From Marsupella aquatica (lineage: Eukaryota; Plantae; Marchantiophyta), in contig OZ316899.1 of the NCBI GenBank assembly GCA_973895155.1, positions 2,749,455 through 2,813,454 of the forward strand: DNA of 64,000 nucleotides. Reading direction: 5' to 3'. Shown here one piece after another: positions 13,101-25,200 of this stretch. Numbering within the stretch: position 1 is the stretch's first letter; every line of letters begins with the position of its first letter. Made by a program: the position numbers and the translations under genes. A model generated the notes under the pieces. That model worked only from the letters and a program-made list of their open reading frames with translations, ran no database searches and was not told the origin of the DNA.

Positions 13101-13808
13101 CAGGAGGAGAGGGCTACCTTAAAGAAGGAATTGGAGGAAGCCCAGAAGGAGCGGGAGGAGGCGTGCAAGGACCTGGATGAATTGCAGGAGGAGTTGGAGG
13201 AAAGCACGCGGAAGATGGAGAACTTACAGCGGCAAGCCGACAACCAAATAGAGCGGCTGAAGAAACAGGCCGCAGTATTTAAGTGCTTGGCTTCCTCAGG
13301 TCCAACTCCAATTGGGGCAACCAAGTTACCAGGAGTAGTACTGGCCAAAGGACAAGTCGAGACACTCATACCGGTGCTGGAGGTAAGTGGCAAGGGGAAG
13401 GGACCAGCTGCCGAAACAGGGAAGAAGAAAAAGCAAAAACCTTTTGGGTCAGGGAGTAACACGGCTTCTCAAGCCATCGTGACCAAGGAGGTAAACCCAG
13501 CACCAACCTCAGGCAGGGTCACGGTAGAGGATCCAACTGTCCTACAAGGCGGGGATGGCAAGGGCAAAGCCGGAATGCTCAGTGATGAGGCCGGTGTACC
13601 AAATCCACCACTAGAGCAGGCCGGGGAGGCCGTAGCCATATCGGAGGCCGTGGCCGATGCTGAGGCCGAAGCCGAGGGGGGACCCAATCAGGCCGATGGA
13701 GAGTTGACTCGGTCCGGAGCAGGTAATCTGTCAGAGGACGGACCTATGGTAGTGGCTACGGAAGAAGTGTTGGGGGCGTCCATTGAGGATCAGCCACCAC
13801 TACCATGA
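10118..13808 (+). pseudogene. D1 LTR-encoded accessory ORF, multiple stops and frameshifts
   Basis: ORF-track fragments 10052-13808 align end to end with the near-intact D3 ORF. Confidence 0.85.
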
Positions 13809-15105
13809 CGGTGGTGGAGGGCCGCTCCTTTTAAGGAGGGCGGACGTGGAGGGAGGAGGCATGAGTGGGCAGGGCGGGCTCAGATCTCCAAGTTTAGAAT
13901 TAGGATAAGGATCGGGAGGCGGCCCTGACACTTAGCTTAATGGGATTGCGGATCCACTGGTAAGAGCAACACTTGTGCTCCTGCCTCGTTGTACATAGGT
14001 AGATTATGGACAGGTTAGATTAGGCTTATGCTGCAAGGAATTGGGCGGATCCACTGCTAGGATAAGTACCTGGGCAGCGGGGGGTTCAGGGCCTTCTTCC
14101 TTAGCAAGTTTTTAGTGCACCAGCAGGGCTGGGATCAAGTAGTTAAAGAAGCTCTCGGTTAGTTATGATGTGACCCTTGTGTATATTCATGTTTCCTCAT
14201 ACCTAAGAGATGAATAGAGTTGGCCTCACGGCTTAGTTCGCAGATCTTGTGTATGACAAGTACTGTTTGTATGGCAAGTGCATGGTATAACTCAGTCAGA
14301 ATGAGTCATTTTGCTAGTTGTGTGTCGCATTAACTTGTTTGAAGAATACCCACATCAACCAAGAGGTATAGGCCGATGCTGAGGCCTAAGCCGAGGGTGA
14401 ACCCAGTCAGGCCGATGGAGAGTTGACTCGGTCCGGAGCAGGTAATCTGTCAGAGGACGGACCTACGGTAGTGGCTGCGGAGGAAGTGTTGGGGGCGTCC
14501 ATTGATGACCAGACACCGCTGCCATGACGGTGGTGGACGGCCGCTCCTTTTAAGGAGGGCGGACATGGAGGGAGGAGGCGTGAGTGGGCAGGGCGGGCTC
14601 AGATCTCCAAGTTTAGAATTAGGATCATGACCAAGGGGCGGCCCTGACACTTAGCTTAATGGGATTGCGGATCCACTGGTAAGAGCAACACTTGTGCTCC
14701 TGCCTCGCTGTACATAGGTAGATTCAGTTAGGTAGATTCAGTTAGGTAGATTTAGTTAGGTAGATTAGGCTTATGCCGCAAGGAATTAGGCGGATCCACT
14801 ACCAGGATAAGTACGTGGGCAGCGGGAGGTTCAGGGCCTTCTTCCTTAGCAAGTTTTTAGTGCACCAGTAGGGTTGGGATCAAGTAGTTAAAGAAGCTCT
14901 CGGTTAGTTATAATGTGACCCTTGTGTATATTCATGTTTCCTCATACCTAAGAGATGAATAGAGTTGGCCTCACGGCTTAGTTCGCAGATCTTGTATATG
15001 AGAAGTACTGTTTGTATGACAAGTGCATGGTATAACTTAGTCAAAAGGAGTCATTTTGCTATTTGTGTGTCGCATTAACTTATTTGAAGATTGCCCAATC
15101 AACCA
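13652..15105 (+). repeat. Tandem duplication of about 720 bp inside D1
   Basis: 13652-14367 repeats at 14371-15105 (GGCCGATGCTGAGGCC...CAACCAAGA). Single copy in D2. Confidence 0.9.
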
Positions 15106-16306
15106 AGAAGGGAGTAAGCAAGGTAGTAAGAGTTGGATGTGTCGAGCTGAGAGAGGTCTTAGCGGCTTACCCAAGCCAATTGGGGATCATTTCGGCGGCG
15201 GAATCCAAACATACCTAAAGGGAAACCGAGAGAGGAGGACAAGGGAAGGCCTAGAATAGGCCAGCTACGTATCTCATGACCCAATGAAGGATCTATCCAG
15301 TATATGTGAGTAAAATGTTAATAGTAATAGTAGTAGAAGGAGGTTAGCAGCGTCCCATGCCGCTAAGCCGCAAAATCGGCCTCGCCAAGAGCGAAACCTG
15401 CGGGAATTGGCTTGTGCAAAAGGGTTTCTTGGGTCTAGGGAGCCATAGGACGCACCACATTTCCTTTGTTAGGGATCGGGAGTCTCATCTCTTAAGTGAA
15501 ATCTCTACCTTGCCAAGGTAGGGCTAAGCTTGAGAAGGGAGAGGTGGTCCATGCTTAGTGTGGAGAATGTGTAGTAAACTTTTGTTGTAAAGATGATGCA
15601 ATAAAAGGAGACTTGCCAATATTCATTGTGACCATTAAGTGTGAGTGCGTTTGAAGTGTAGGAGAGCAAGAGAAGAGTCCATGCTAGGGTGTAATCTTGG
15701 TCTAAGCTTGAAGGGGATGTGCTAGTACAAAACCAAGGCCAAGGAGGCAAAGTTAAGGTTGAGCACTACTTTGAGACTTAGAGAGGATTATAGCTTGAGG
15801 GAGGGAAAGTACTTTGCTTGGTATGTGGTGTTAACAAGAAGTAAGAACAAGAGGAAGAGTCCTTAGATAGAGGAGCCTTCTCTAGAGCTCAAAGGGGATG
15901 TGTGGACCCAAACCAACGCCAGGGGGGCAAGGTTGAGGGGTAACACTACTTTGAGGGTCTTGAGGAGACTTAAGCTTGAAGAGGAAAGTACTTTGGGTTC
16001 TTGGGTGTTTGTGTGAGAATCTACTCTAAGGTGACAGCTTGGAGTGGAGATCCCCCTTGCTGATCCTTGGAGTAGAGGAGAGGGGAAGGGTGTGAGTGCA
16101 AAAGTAGTCAAGGGGACTACCTCTCTAGAAGTGGAGAGTTGAAACTACTTATGTATGGAGTGAGTAGATATTGCAAGCATATTTCAAAAGTTTTGTCAAT
16201 CCTTTATGACCCTGGTATGACATGGAGCAGGTAGTAGGTAGTTTTTAGGAGAAAAGCCCCTTAAGCTCCTTGACAAGTGTTTGACATAGAGTCCCACCGT
16301 TGTTTT

Positions 16307-16324
16307 TGGCACCGCTGTCGGGGA
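16307..16324 (+). promoter_or_regulatory. Element K PBS TGGCACCGCTGTCGGGGA (tRNA-Asp, Athila-type)
   Basis: Three transitions from the Athila PBS TGGCGCCGTTGCCGGGGA; lies upstream of gag. Confidence 0.75.
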
Positions 16325-16430
16325 TAACTCCTTGCAATTTTTGTTGTGGAAGTGGAGCCACAAGACTTGGAGGTGTGTTTGCAAGTTGGTTGTTCAAGAG
16401 GAGGGAGATAAGAAGGTGATTGTGAGTGGC

Positions 16431-18093
16431 ATGCCCACTACAAGGAGTCAAGCACTAAGAGAAGCCTCTCTTAGTTTTAACTTTGGTGACCAGTTGGAGC
16501 AACCAGATTGGGTGGACATTCATTTGCAAGCTGAAGCGGAACCCAGTGTAGGGTGGAGTGATACATCCTCTTCCACTTCCAACACAAGTGAAGAGCAAGA
16601 AGTATCCATGGTAATGACTCAAAGAGCAAGATTTCAGTCCAAGACATTCCATGGCAAGCCCAAGGAGGATCCTGATGCTTGGTTGGAGGACTTCATTGGG
16701 ACAGCCCAAGCCAATGGAGAGTTTGATATTAAGTTGACCACTTTGGCGGGTGTCTTGAGAGGAGAAGCAAGACCTTGGTTCAACAGCCTATCAAATGCCA
16801 CCAAGAATGATTGGGATGCCTTCAAGCTAGCCTTCTTGCAGGAGTTTAGGAAAGTGGGAGAAGAATTGGAAGCTTTGATCAAGATAGGAGAGATCAGAAT
16901 GGGATCCAAGGAGTCAGTAAGGAGGTTTACGCAAAGGTTTCAAAGGTTAGCTACCAAGCTTGACCCTAGACCAGTAGACTCCATGTTGTTGGCATGGTTT
17001 GTGGCAAGCCTACCCAAGAAGATGGGTGTCTCAGTAAGGCAATCCCACCCTAATACTTTGGAGGAGGCCATTGAGGCAGCTCAGTCTTATAGGAGTGCTG
17101 AGATCTCTAGTTCCAAGAGTAGGAGAAAGAAGAAGCGATTTGCCCATAATGATTCTTCTTCTAGCTCAAGTGAATCAAGTAGTTGTTGAAGATACTTCTG
17201 ATTCAGAATCTGAGGAGAGTAGTTCCAGTTCATAATCTGATTCTAAGGAGGACTCCGAGAAGAAGAAGAAGAAGAAGAAGAAGAAGAAGAAAATAAGCGA
17301 CCAGAAGAGGAGAGCTAGCAAGAAGAAGCCAAGTGGTAAGCACCACAAATCTGCAACCTTCAACTTGGTGGAAGGTTCTACACCAGCAAGCAAGGAGAAG
17401 AAGTTGATGGACAACAAGATGAGTGAGATCACCAACCAACTCAAGGCCCTATCAGTTCATTTTGCTGGTATGCAACCTGATAGGAGAAAGGTACCGGTAA
17501 ATAGAGCCCATGTATGGTGTGTCAAGTGCAAAAGTTCTGGCCATACACCTCAGGAGTGCCAAGGTTGGAGGAATCAAGTTCAGTATGTCAATGAAGAGCC
17601 CAGTGAAGTTTATCAAGCAAGTGAAGTGGTGGACTACTTCTATGAAGAAGCCCCATAGATGGTGTACCAGATTTTGGGAGGCCCAAGAACTTTGCAAGGA
17701 AGACCAGTTCCACCCATGGCACCTCAACTTATGCCTAGTCTTCAACCAAGAATGGTGGATCAAATGGGACCTCAAGGACCCGGGGGAGTGGCAAGAACTA
17801 CCGTGGTGATCTGCTGGAACTGTCAAAAACCAGGGCACTATTCCAACAATTGCCCCGAACCAAGGAGGCAGGGACAAGGAGCTCCCTATCCTCTTTGTGC
17901 TGTTTGTAAAAGAGAGGGTCATACCACAGCCAACTGTCCTATTGGATCGGCTGCCAAGATGATGGTAGGAAGGGTGGAAGCCCCTCAACCAGTGGTTGCC
18001 AAAGCTCCTAGTGAAGCCACAATGAACTTCTTGAGTATGGAATGGCAAGAGGAGACCAAAGATGAAGTGACACAAGTTACTGGTGGGGAGTAT
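16431..18093 (+). pseudogene. gag: Element K gag with three zinc knuckles; truncated at the start of LTR I
   Basis: MPTTRSQ start; capsid motif FHGKPKEDPDAWLEDF; CVKCKSSGHTPQEC, CWNCQKPGHYSNNC, CAVCKREGHTTANC. One frameshift (about 17180) and one TAG (17656). Confidence 0.88.
17259..17291 (+). repeat. (AAG)n poly-Lys tract in K gag
   Basis: About 10 AAG units read directly from the sequence. Confidence 0.9.
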
Positions 18094-18935
18094 TGTGACG
18101 CCGCCAGCACGGCGGTTAATAAGTGATCCGGCCTAATCCGTGCTTAGCACGCGCTCTATGGACATAGTAGTCCGTAATAATTAGCATAACGACACTAAAG
18201 TAGGTAGTAATCACGACTATGATATCATTAGTCAATAAGGAGCATTTACGCTCAGGCTGGCGGCGGAGCGCCATTCGTACCCCCGGGTTTCAGGCATGTA
18301 GGGATGTCCCCTTGGGTCCGTATAAAGACTCAAAGGGGCAGCTTGCTGACACGCTCTGACCCGGACCTGCGGAGTGGCCGGTACACTGCAAGCGTGAAAG
18401 GATCGGCCTATCAGAAGGAGGAAGGGGCCGTTTGGCCGACGAGCTCTCAGGGTATAAAAGGCGGGCCATTCTCTTGCAAAGCACCAGCACTTCACCCATC
18501 GCACCAGCTCCGATCCCAGCTCACTCATCTGTTCTTTAGTCATCCACCGCCTTTCCCCTATATGTCTGTCACTATTCTATCCAATTTTGCCCTTCGGTTT
18601 TGGCTTCAATTTCTATCCATCAGAAATCATTTAGCAAAGTAACTGGCCGAGGTCAATCCGCGCCAGTACAAAACCAAAAGGTAGTACAAACAACTCATCC
18701 GTCTGGCCGGGCGCTCTCACTATAACGGAGATTTCAACCTCCCGTTCCATAGCAAGCTCAGTCGTCCCGACGAGATCTCCAAATACTTCTTTGACGGCCT
18801 AAAGTACGTCAGTTTCTAGGAGGCACTCCTTTGGCTTCCGGATAAGGTCTTCACACTCCCGGGCACGATCAACTTACAATGACACCACTTTGAAGTCCAG
18901 GCTCACATCCCCGCCAAAGTCCAGGCCTCCATAGA
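18094..18935 (+). mobile_element. Giant LTR I, left part (TGTGAC start, TATA box, 5' end of accessory ORF)
   Basis: Homology to H 37726 and below begins exactly at TGTGAC. TATAAAA at 18453-59; ORF from ATG 18562 (MSVTILSNFALRFWLQFLSI). Confidence 0.82.
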
Positions 18936-20415
18936 AGTGGTGGACCTCGCCACCCAGCGCCCTCACCAATCCCAACACTCACGCCTGAGTGCCCTTGGTG
19001 CCCAAACGCCTCCACGGAATACCTCGAGCAAGCACCCGAGTGCCTCTTGCACCACCAGCGGCCCCTCCCATACAAAGCCGCACTTGCTCTCCTACACGAC
19101 CGCTACTGAACAGTCCTCACTGTCTGCACAAGCAACCAAGCACCTCGGTAAGTAACCCTTTAGGATCTAGAACTCGCCAAGTCTAGCATCCTAACTCAAG
19201 CTCAACAGACATTGGTAAATAGGTCAGCGATAGGTCCTCCTGATGCCATAAGTTGGAACCTGAACCCACGCCCACTGTTTGTCCAGAACAACTCCTTCCT
19301 TGGGCACGGCCCGGGTTCCCCCCCGTACCTATCCATCACCAACTGACCGTCCTGACCCTAGGATGTGCTCATGGCCCAAGTAGCGTAGCTTGTCCTAAAG
19401 CTTGTCCCAACACGCCGAGATCATAATGGCCCTGACTTTAGCAACCACTCCCGGTTCACCCCACTGATGGTCTAGGGGCTAGACACTCTTGGGACTCAAA
19501 CTCCACACCTACTTGGCCTTGTCTCCCCAATGCAAGCTCCCTTGGGAGACTGAACGCGGCTTGGCTGCTGTTCGGCAGGATTTGGCAAGCGGGCAATTTA
19601 ACACCCGCAAACCCTGCAAACCCACTGCTCCCCAAGACTTAGCTGAGCTTAGGAAGGCGTAGCCCTGCTCAAGAGATTTACAACGCACCCAAGAAGTCCT
19701 CCAACGGACTTCCCGTTGGGAAGATATCACCATTTCCGTTTGGCGGTTTCCCTTAGTGTCGCGACCGTCGCGGCTCACGACTTCGGCTCGCCTTTAGCCC
19801 CACAGAGACACCACTCCCCTAATATATGCTTCTAGAGACCTGCCACCCTTGGGCCAGCTTTGGTCCTTAAATATTTGGCCCCCAACCCGGATCCTATCCA
19901 TAATGGATGCGCCACCAACTGGCAACGCCCATAACTTTCTTGTTAGGCATCCGCAAGCGGAGTGCCTTAGCCCGTTGTGATTGGGCCGACCCAGTGCTCA
20001 TGCCTAGGCTCTCAGGTCTCATTGCTGCTCGGGGCCCCCAATCGGCCGAACCCGGATCAGGCCACAACTTGCGCCCTAAGCGTCCGTTGCCCATGGCGTC
20101 AACTCCATTGGCCTTGGGCCCAAGAGGAGCTCACCCTCAAGCCCTCAGAACTCAAAGTCCATTCGGAGGTCCGGACGGTTGGCCTTTAGCCCGGCCCATT
20201 TCCCCTTGACCCGACTAGCTCTCAGCTAGCCCAAGTCCTTAGTGTGTGTCACCATCTTGGCTCCTTGCCTTCGCTAGTGGCACGTCTCTTTGCTCACAAC
20301 TCTCCCCATGCTAAGTCCTCCCCGGATGGCCTATCCAGGCCTGGACCATAAGGGAGCTCGGCGTCGGAGTCAGCAACGCCGGAGCTAAGTGTTAAGGTAG
20401 TCGAGTTCCGCGACT
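18936..20415 (-). repeat. J 3' LTR
   Basis: Direct repeat of 30177-31582 and homologous to J1. Confidence 0.92.
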
Positions 20416-20428
20416 TGCACCCCCCCCT
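20416..20428 (-). promoter_or_regulatory. J polypurine tract (AGGGGGGGG-TG-CA|AGT)
   Basis: Run of 8 C on the plus strand at 20420-27, adjacent to the LTR start. Confidence 0.8.
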
Positions 20429-21469
20429 AAAAATGGTCACGTCCGCGTGGCCTCAGTAAACGTTCCAACACGCCTAGACCACTTTGGGCCTTAAAAATTT
20501 TATGAGGTAACAAATGGTTTGCACATAAGGTTGCTGCAAACCAGGTTGGTATGCGCATTGCAGACTTAGGAAATTCCAACCTATCCAACTTATCCAAGTA
20601 GGATGCCAGTCCAAACGGTGTCGTGCCGAAAGATTTTGGCTCAAGAATGGCTTTTATTGGGGATGATGGGCAAGGCCTCCAGGTTGGGTTGCGTGCATGC
20701 TGACTCGGAGGGGCTGCTTGGTTGGTTGGATTGAGGTTTGGTGATTGGGTGACTCGTCGTCACCAGGTTTGGTGTTTGGGTGAGTCACCAGGCTTGGAGT
20801 TTGGATGAGCCTCGCTGCTGGCAGCTGGCTCAGGCTGGATGGTTGGGTTTCCGATGCTACTTAAGACTTGAGCCTCGGCTCATTGAGGTTGGCGGTTATC
20901 TATTGAGATCTATTGAGTTGCATTCTGTGAGTTCCGCTCCGTTCTGCGGAACTCGACTGTTGCGCGGCGGTTTTGGAGTTCTAAGTGAGTTTTCAATCCA
21001 GGTGGGGAGTTTTCAATCCAGGCGGGGATTTCTCGAGTTTGGAGTCTTGTCGATCCAGGCAAGGATTTCTTGAGTTTGGAGCCTCGTTGGTCCAGGCCCG
21101 AGTTCCGTGCGAGCTGTTTTAGACTAGTGGAGTAGCTAGTCGAGTTTTTGGTTTTGTGAGCTAAGGAGGATAGTTGTTCCGTCAGATTTTGAGTAGTTAG
21201 TCACTCGAGGAGTTCTACTTGACAAGTTAGAGGTAGTGGCCCGCCGTAGGGCCAGCTACCAGACTCTTGCGGGCAAGCTTACTCGAGGGCACCCATTGTA
21301 ACCTTTGTGAGAAAAGTAAAAAATATAAAGGAGTGAGAGTTCGCTCTAAAAAATGCTTGTCACCTATCCCGATTGCAGCCAGAAACGCGTAGTTTGCCCA
21401 AGGAGCCCCTAACTTAAGTCCTCGCGACATTTGCAACCATACTGGGGATTCCTTGGGCGATTGGATGAG

Positions 21470-22782
21470 ATGGGTGACTATGACGAAGTTGACCGGATAT
21501 CGAGCATCGTCATGTCGATGATGAGAACCATAAGGAAGGAAGAGCTTGAGTCGGAAAGGGCGAACAGGGAAGCAAATAGAAGTACTCAGTGTCTCCAAGA
21601 GGTTTTGAAGGAGAATGGGCAGTTCGATGGGAGAAATGTGACAAGCTACCTTAAGTCTTACTTGATAGAAGCAGCTATCTACAAGTTGGACGAAGGGACC
21701 GCCGTGAAAGAGTTCATGGTGCTGGTTGAGAAGGAGTTGAGTTCGATGGTGCGGACCATCGTTGAGTCAGTTGAGGGCTGGGATGACTTTGACCAAAAGA
21801 TGAAAGAGGAGTTCCAAGCGGAGGATGCTGATCGGGTCACGCAGGCTACCTTCTTGGATTGGGTGAATGACAAGAACAAGAAGCTGAAGGGGCCGCAAGA
21901 GCTCCTAAGGGAGTTCAAGAGAAGGGTGTCTCAGTTACCAAAGCGGGATGTGGGAATCATCGAGTTGCAGCGCTCGACGCTCTTCTTGAGGGCAGCCGAT
22001 GAGGACCTTCGAGAGGAGCTTGAGAACGCGATGGAGCTGCTGGAAGCTTTGAGAGTTACCTTGTCTAACGACTGGAACCAAGTTGAGAAAGCGGTGTCAA
22101 AAGTGAGCAATCGACACCGGCGGCGAGAGCTAGACAAGGAGGCTACCACTCTTGACCTAAGGCCGTCGGAACCGATATTGAGGAAAGGGAAGCGAGAACC
22201 AGCGAAGGATGAGATCAAGCCATCGGTGGATGATCTCGCGGAAATGATGCAGAACCTGAAGATCTTGGCAGCACATGCAATCGAGAATCCAAAACCGAGG
22301 GTTGCGAGTGCTCCCGAGAGGAAGCAAGAGATGCAGAGTTGGCCATGCATGTGGTGCGACAGCAAAGAGCATGACAAACGGGAGTGCTTGGACCTGAGGG
22401 GGAAGCTGCGGATAAAGGGCTGATCAAGTTTGTCGGTGAAGTTGGTCAGAAAAAGATATCGTTTGCCGACACTAAGGAGCCGATTCCATTCAACTCCAAC
22501 AAGGGAGGCATGAAGGCTTTGGCTGAGAAGCGAGCTGGGAAGCGAGTCGAAGAGGCATCCTCTTTGCACCTGGAAGCGAATGTTTACAATGTGGAATTGG
22601 ATGGCCCCGTGACGGAAACGGACAAGTTTTATAAGCGCTTGGCGGATCTGGTGCGAGAGAGATCCGGATGGAGTGACCCGGTGCTGATCAATGTGATAAC
22701 GGTTGAGGTTGGGGCTAGTTGGGATGCCTCGGTTGAGTCAAAAAGGAAGAAAACCGATGAGGATGACACTCTGTCTCAATGA
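21470..22782 (+). pseudogene. gag: B gag (one frameshift near 22390)
   Basis: QFDGRNVTSYLKSY capsid motif and CMWCDSKEHDKREC knuckle; homologous to E gag. Confidence 0.85.
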
Positions 22783-22845
22783 GGGGAACGAGAGAGGCGG
22801 GATACTCGAGACAAGGAAAGGAGGGTTAGGTTCAAAGAAGAGGAA

Positions 22846-24339
22846 ATGAGCGAGAAAGAGCTAGAAAAAGGGAAACCGATCAGGAAGGACCCAGGCTGGG
22901 TGCTTGGCACGGACGTGGACCAGGCCATGTACCCGGAGGTTGTAGCTAAGAAGTTCTGGAGCCAACAGGCTCAAGGGTTTACCAACGCCAAGTTCTTTGG
23001 CAGTATGAGGTGGGAGATCCAGGAAGCGATCTTGGAGAGATCCAAGAGGAAACGGATTTACAAAGAGGGCCCTCACACCTTGATGGGGGAGGCTGGCGAG
23101 ACGGAAATTGGGAGTTTCCAAACTTACACTACTAGGGCGTCCATGGGTTCCGGTAGTAAGCTTGCCGGCCCCAAAGAGTCAGACTTGGGGGAACCGAAGA
23201 GGGTCAAGTCCCTTGAAGAGGAGCTCATGAACTTGGACGATGAGTTCTTCGATGCGGAAGAGGAGCTCATGGGAGCCGGAAGCAAAGCTGAGTCTGTGGC
23301 AAACAGGGACCCAACCAAAGGGGGAGAACGGGAAAGCATTACCGCGCATTCGAGAACCATTCATGTCATGGGCTCAATGAAAGGAAACGGTTATGCTTAC
23401 CAAGATGGATACTGGGCTCGAGCAAGTCTGGAGAGCGAGTGCCAGTTGGAAAGAATGGAAGGCAAGGTGCGGGCGCTCATTGATATTGGCTCGGAGATCA
23501 ACTTGATGGATCCAAAGGTGTTTCAAAAGGGGAATTGGCTGGTGGACAATGAATTGCTTTGGAGTGTGAACTTGGTGAGTTCAATGAAGGACTATCTTTG
23601 GGGCGGATGTCCGAATATGATGGTGAAGTTCGGGAATGTCAAGCAGGCTTGTAACATTTTTGTTCATGAGCACTTGTCGTTTCCGGTGATACTGGGCATG
23701 CCGTTCATCACTGAATGGAGGATGGAGACAAAGGTTCTGGATGATACTACCTTCATGGTGAAGGCTAGGGGCAAAGATGATAAGGAGGTGGTTCAGTTTC
23801 CGGTGGTTCTACCTGGAAATGAGAGGAACCGAAAGCAGCTGCGAGATCCAACAGCGGCAGAAGTTGGCATTGCTATGGGGGAGAACCAAGATGCTAAGAT
23901 GGATCTAAGTGCAAAGTTCAAAGGGGAGCCAATTGCGGACCGAAAGATGGGGAGTCTAGTGTTCAAGGAAGAGTGTTACTCAGGAGAGCTACTGGACATT
24001 GGGAAGTATCTGAGTGACTTTGGGAAGCGGCTGAAGCAGGATGGTAAAGAGTTCGAAGACATTCGAGTGAATTTTGATAAGTTCATTCTTAGAGAGGGCT
24101 ACCTTTGGCGGAAACCTAAGGGCCCCATGCTAGTACCAAGGAGAGTTGTCAATTCTAAGGATGAGCAAAAGCGGATTTTGGAGGAAGTCTATGATGTTGA
24201 GGTCAAAGGTGGTTTGAAAGGAATAAGGGCGAAGGTCTGTGAGCGGATCCGAAAGGAGTATAATTGGTGGCCAGATTTGTATTGGGATGTTCAGGAGTAT
24301 GCTAACAATCGAGGGATCCATCACAACTTGAAGAGGTAG
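22846..24339 (+). pseudogene. pol: B protease fused to a degenerate integrase zinc-finger region; RT, RH and IN core absent
   Basis: ALIDIGSEINLM protease site, then REGYLWRKPK..PRRVV..KRILEEVY..GG...WWPDLYWDVQEY; no RT motifs. Confidence 0.75.
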
Positions 24340-25081
24340 ATTCAAGAGCTTGATCGGATTGACTATCGAGTCGTTGACATACGGGAGAGAGTGAAGGTTT
24401 GCAAGGTGCGAACTAGAGATGAAATGGACTCAAGTTCCGACTTGAGTGAATTTTAAGACGAGGCACTGGTCCAGGCGCATCCATTCGACTTGAGTTTCGA
24501 AAGTGGCTTGACTGGTTCTGATTCGGACGAGTTGGACTTTGAGTTTTTGGAAAGTGGAGTGCCTAAGGCCAAGTCTGAAGGCTTTGGGTTTGAGTTTCTT
24601 GAGGAGGAAGTGGTCCAGGCGCATGGCTCGAGTTTGGACTCAGACTTAGAGGAAATCTGATGGATTGGAGCAGACCGGAGGCTGCTCAGGTTTACTGGGG
24701 GAGGATATCGTGCCAAAAGATTTCGGCTCAGGAATGGCTTTTATTGGGGATGATGGGCGAGGCCTCCCGGTTGGGTTGCGTGCATGCTGACTCAGAGGGG
24801 CTGCTTGGTTGGTTGGATTGAGGTTTGGTGATTGGGTGACTCGTCGTCATCAGGTTTGGTGTTTGGGTGAGTCACCAGGCTTGGAGTTTGGATGAGCCTC
24901 GGTGCTGGCAGCTGGCTCAGGCTGGATGGTTGGGTTTCCGATGCTACTTAAGACTTGAGCCTTGGCTCATTGAGGTTGGCGGTTATCTATTGAGATTTGT
25001 TGAGTTGCATTCTGTGAGTTTCGCTCCGTTCTGCGGAACTTGACTGTTGCGCGGCGGTTTTGGAGTTCTGAGTGAGTTTTT

Positions 25082-25200
25082 GATCCAGACGGGGAATTTC
25101 TCGAGTTTGGAGTCTCGTTGATCCAGGCGGGGATTTCTCGAGTTTGGAGTCTTGTCGATCCAGGCGAGGATTTCTCGAGTTTGGAGCCTTGTTGGTCCAG
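25082..25200 (+). repeat. 37-bp tandem repeat in B 3' LTR
   Basis: Three copies of GATCCAGGCGGGGATTTCTCGAGTTTGGAGTCTTGTC; two in the 5' LTR (about 21016-21095); one in A. Confidence 0.85.

Larger units (their letters stand above)
10001..15459 (+). mobile_element. D1: giant ORF-containing solo LTR
   Basis: Starts T(T)TGATGCC, ends GCACCACA, perfect TSD TTTCC (9996-10000, 15460-15464). No terminal direct repeats and no gag/pol. Colinear with D2 and D3. Confidence 0.88.
7085..16286 (+). mobile_element. Element K: reconstructed 5' LTR interrupted by D4, J1 and D1
   Basis: Ends TTGACA at 16286 upstream of a PBS and gag. TGTCAA at 7085 is its exact inverted partner. The left boundary is tentative; net length about 1.6 kb. 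Confidence 0.4.

Noticed and set aside
10001-15459. D units as DNA transposons with a novel transposase
   Set aside because: Ends are only 8-bp imperfect TG...CA with 5-bp TSDs, no DDE motif is visible, and homologous ORFs sit in the terminal region of gag-pol elements G and H. Solo LTR is the simpler reading, though not proven.
21931-22569. Long antisense ORFs (also 49176-49757, 44833-45351, 57300-57812, 13034-13462)
   Set aside because: Ser/Phe/Leu-rich shadows of purine-rich sense ORFs; no independent motifs or conserved starts.
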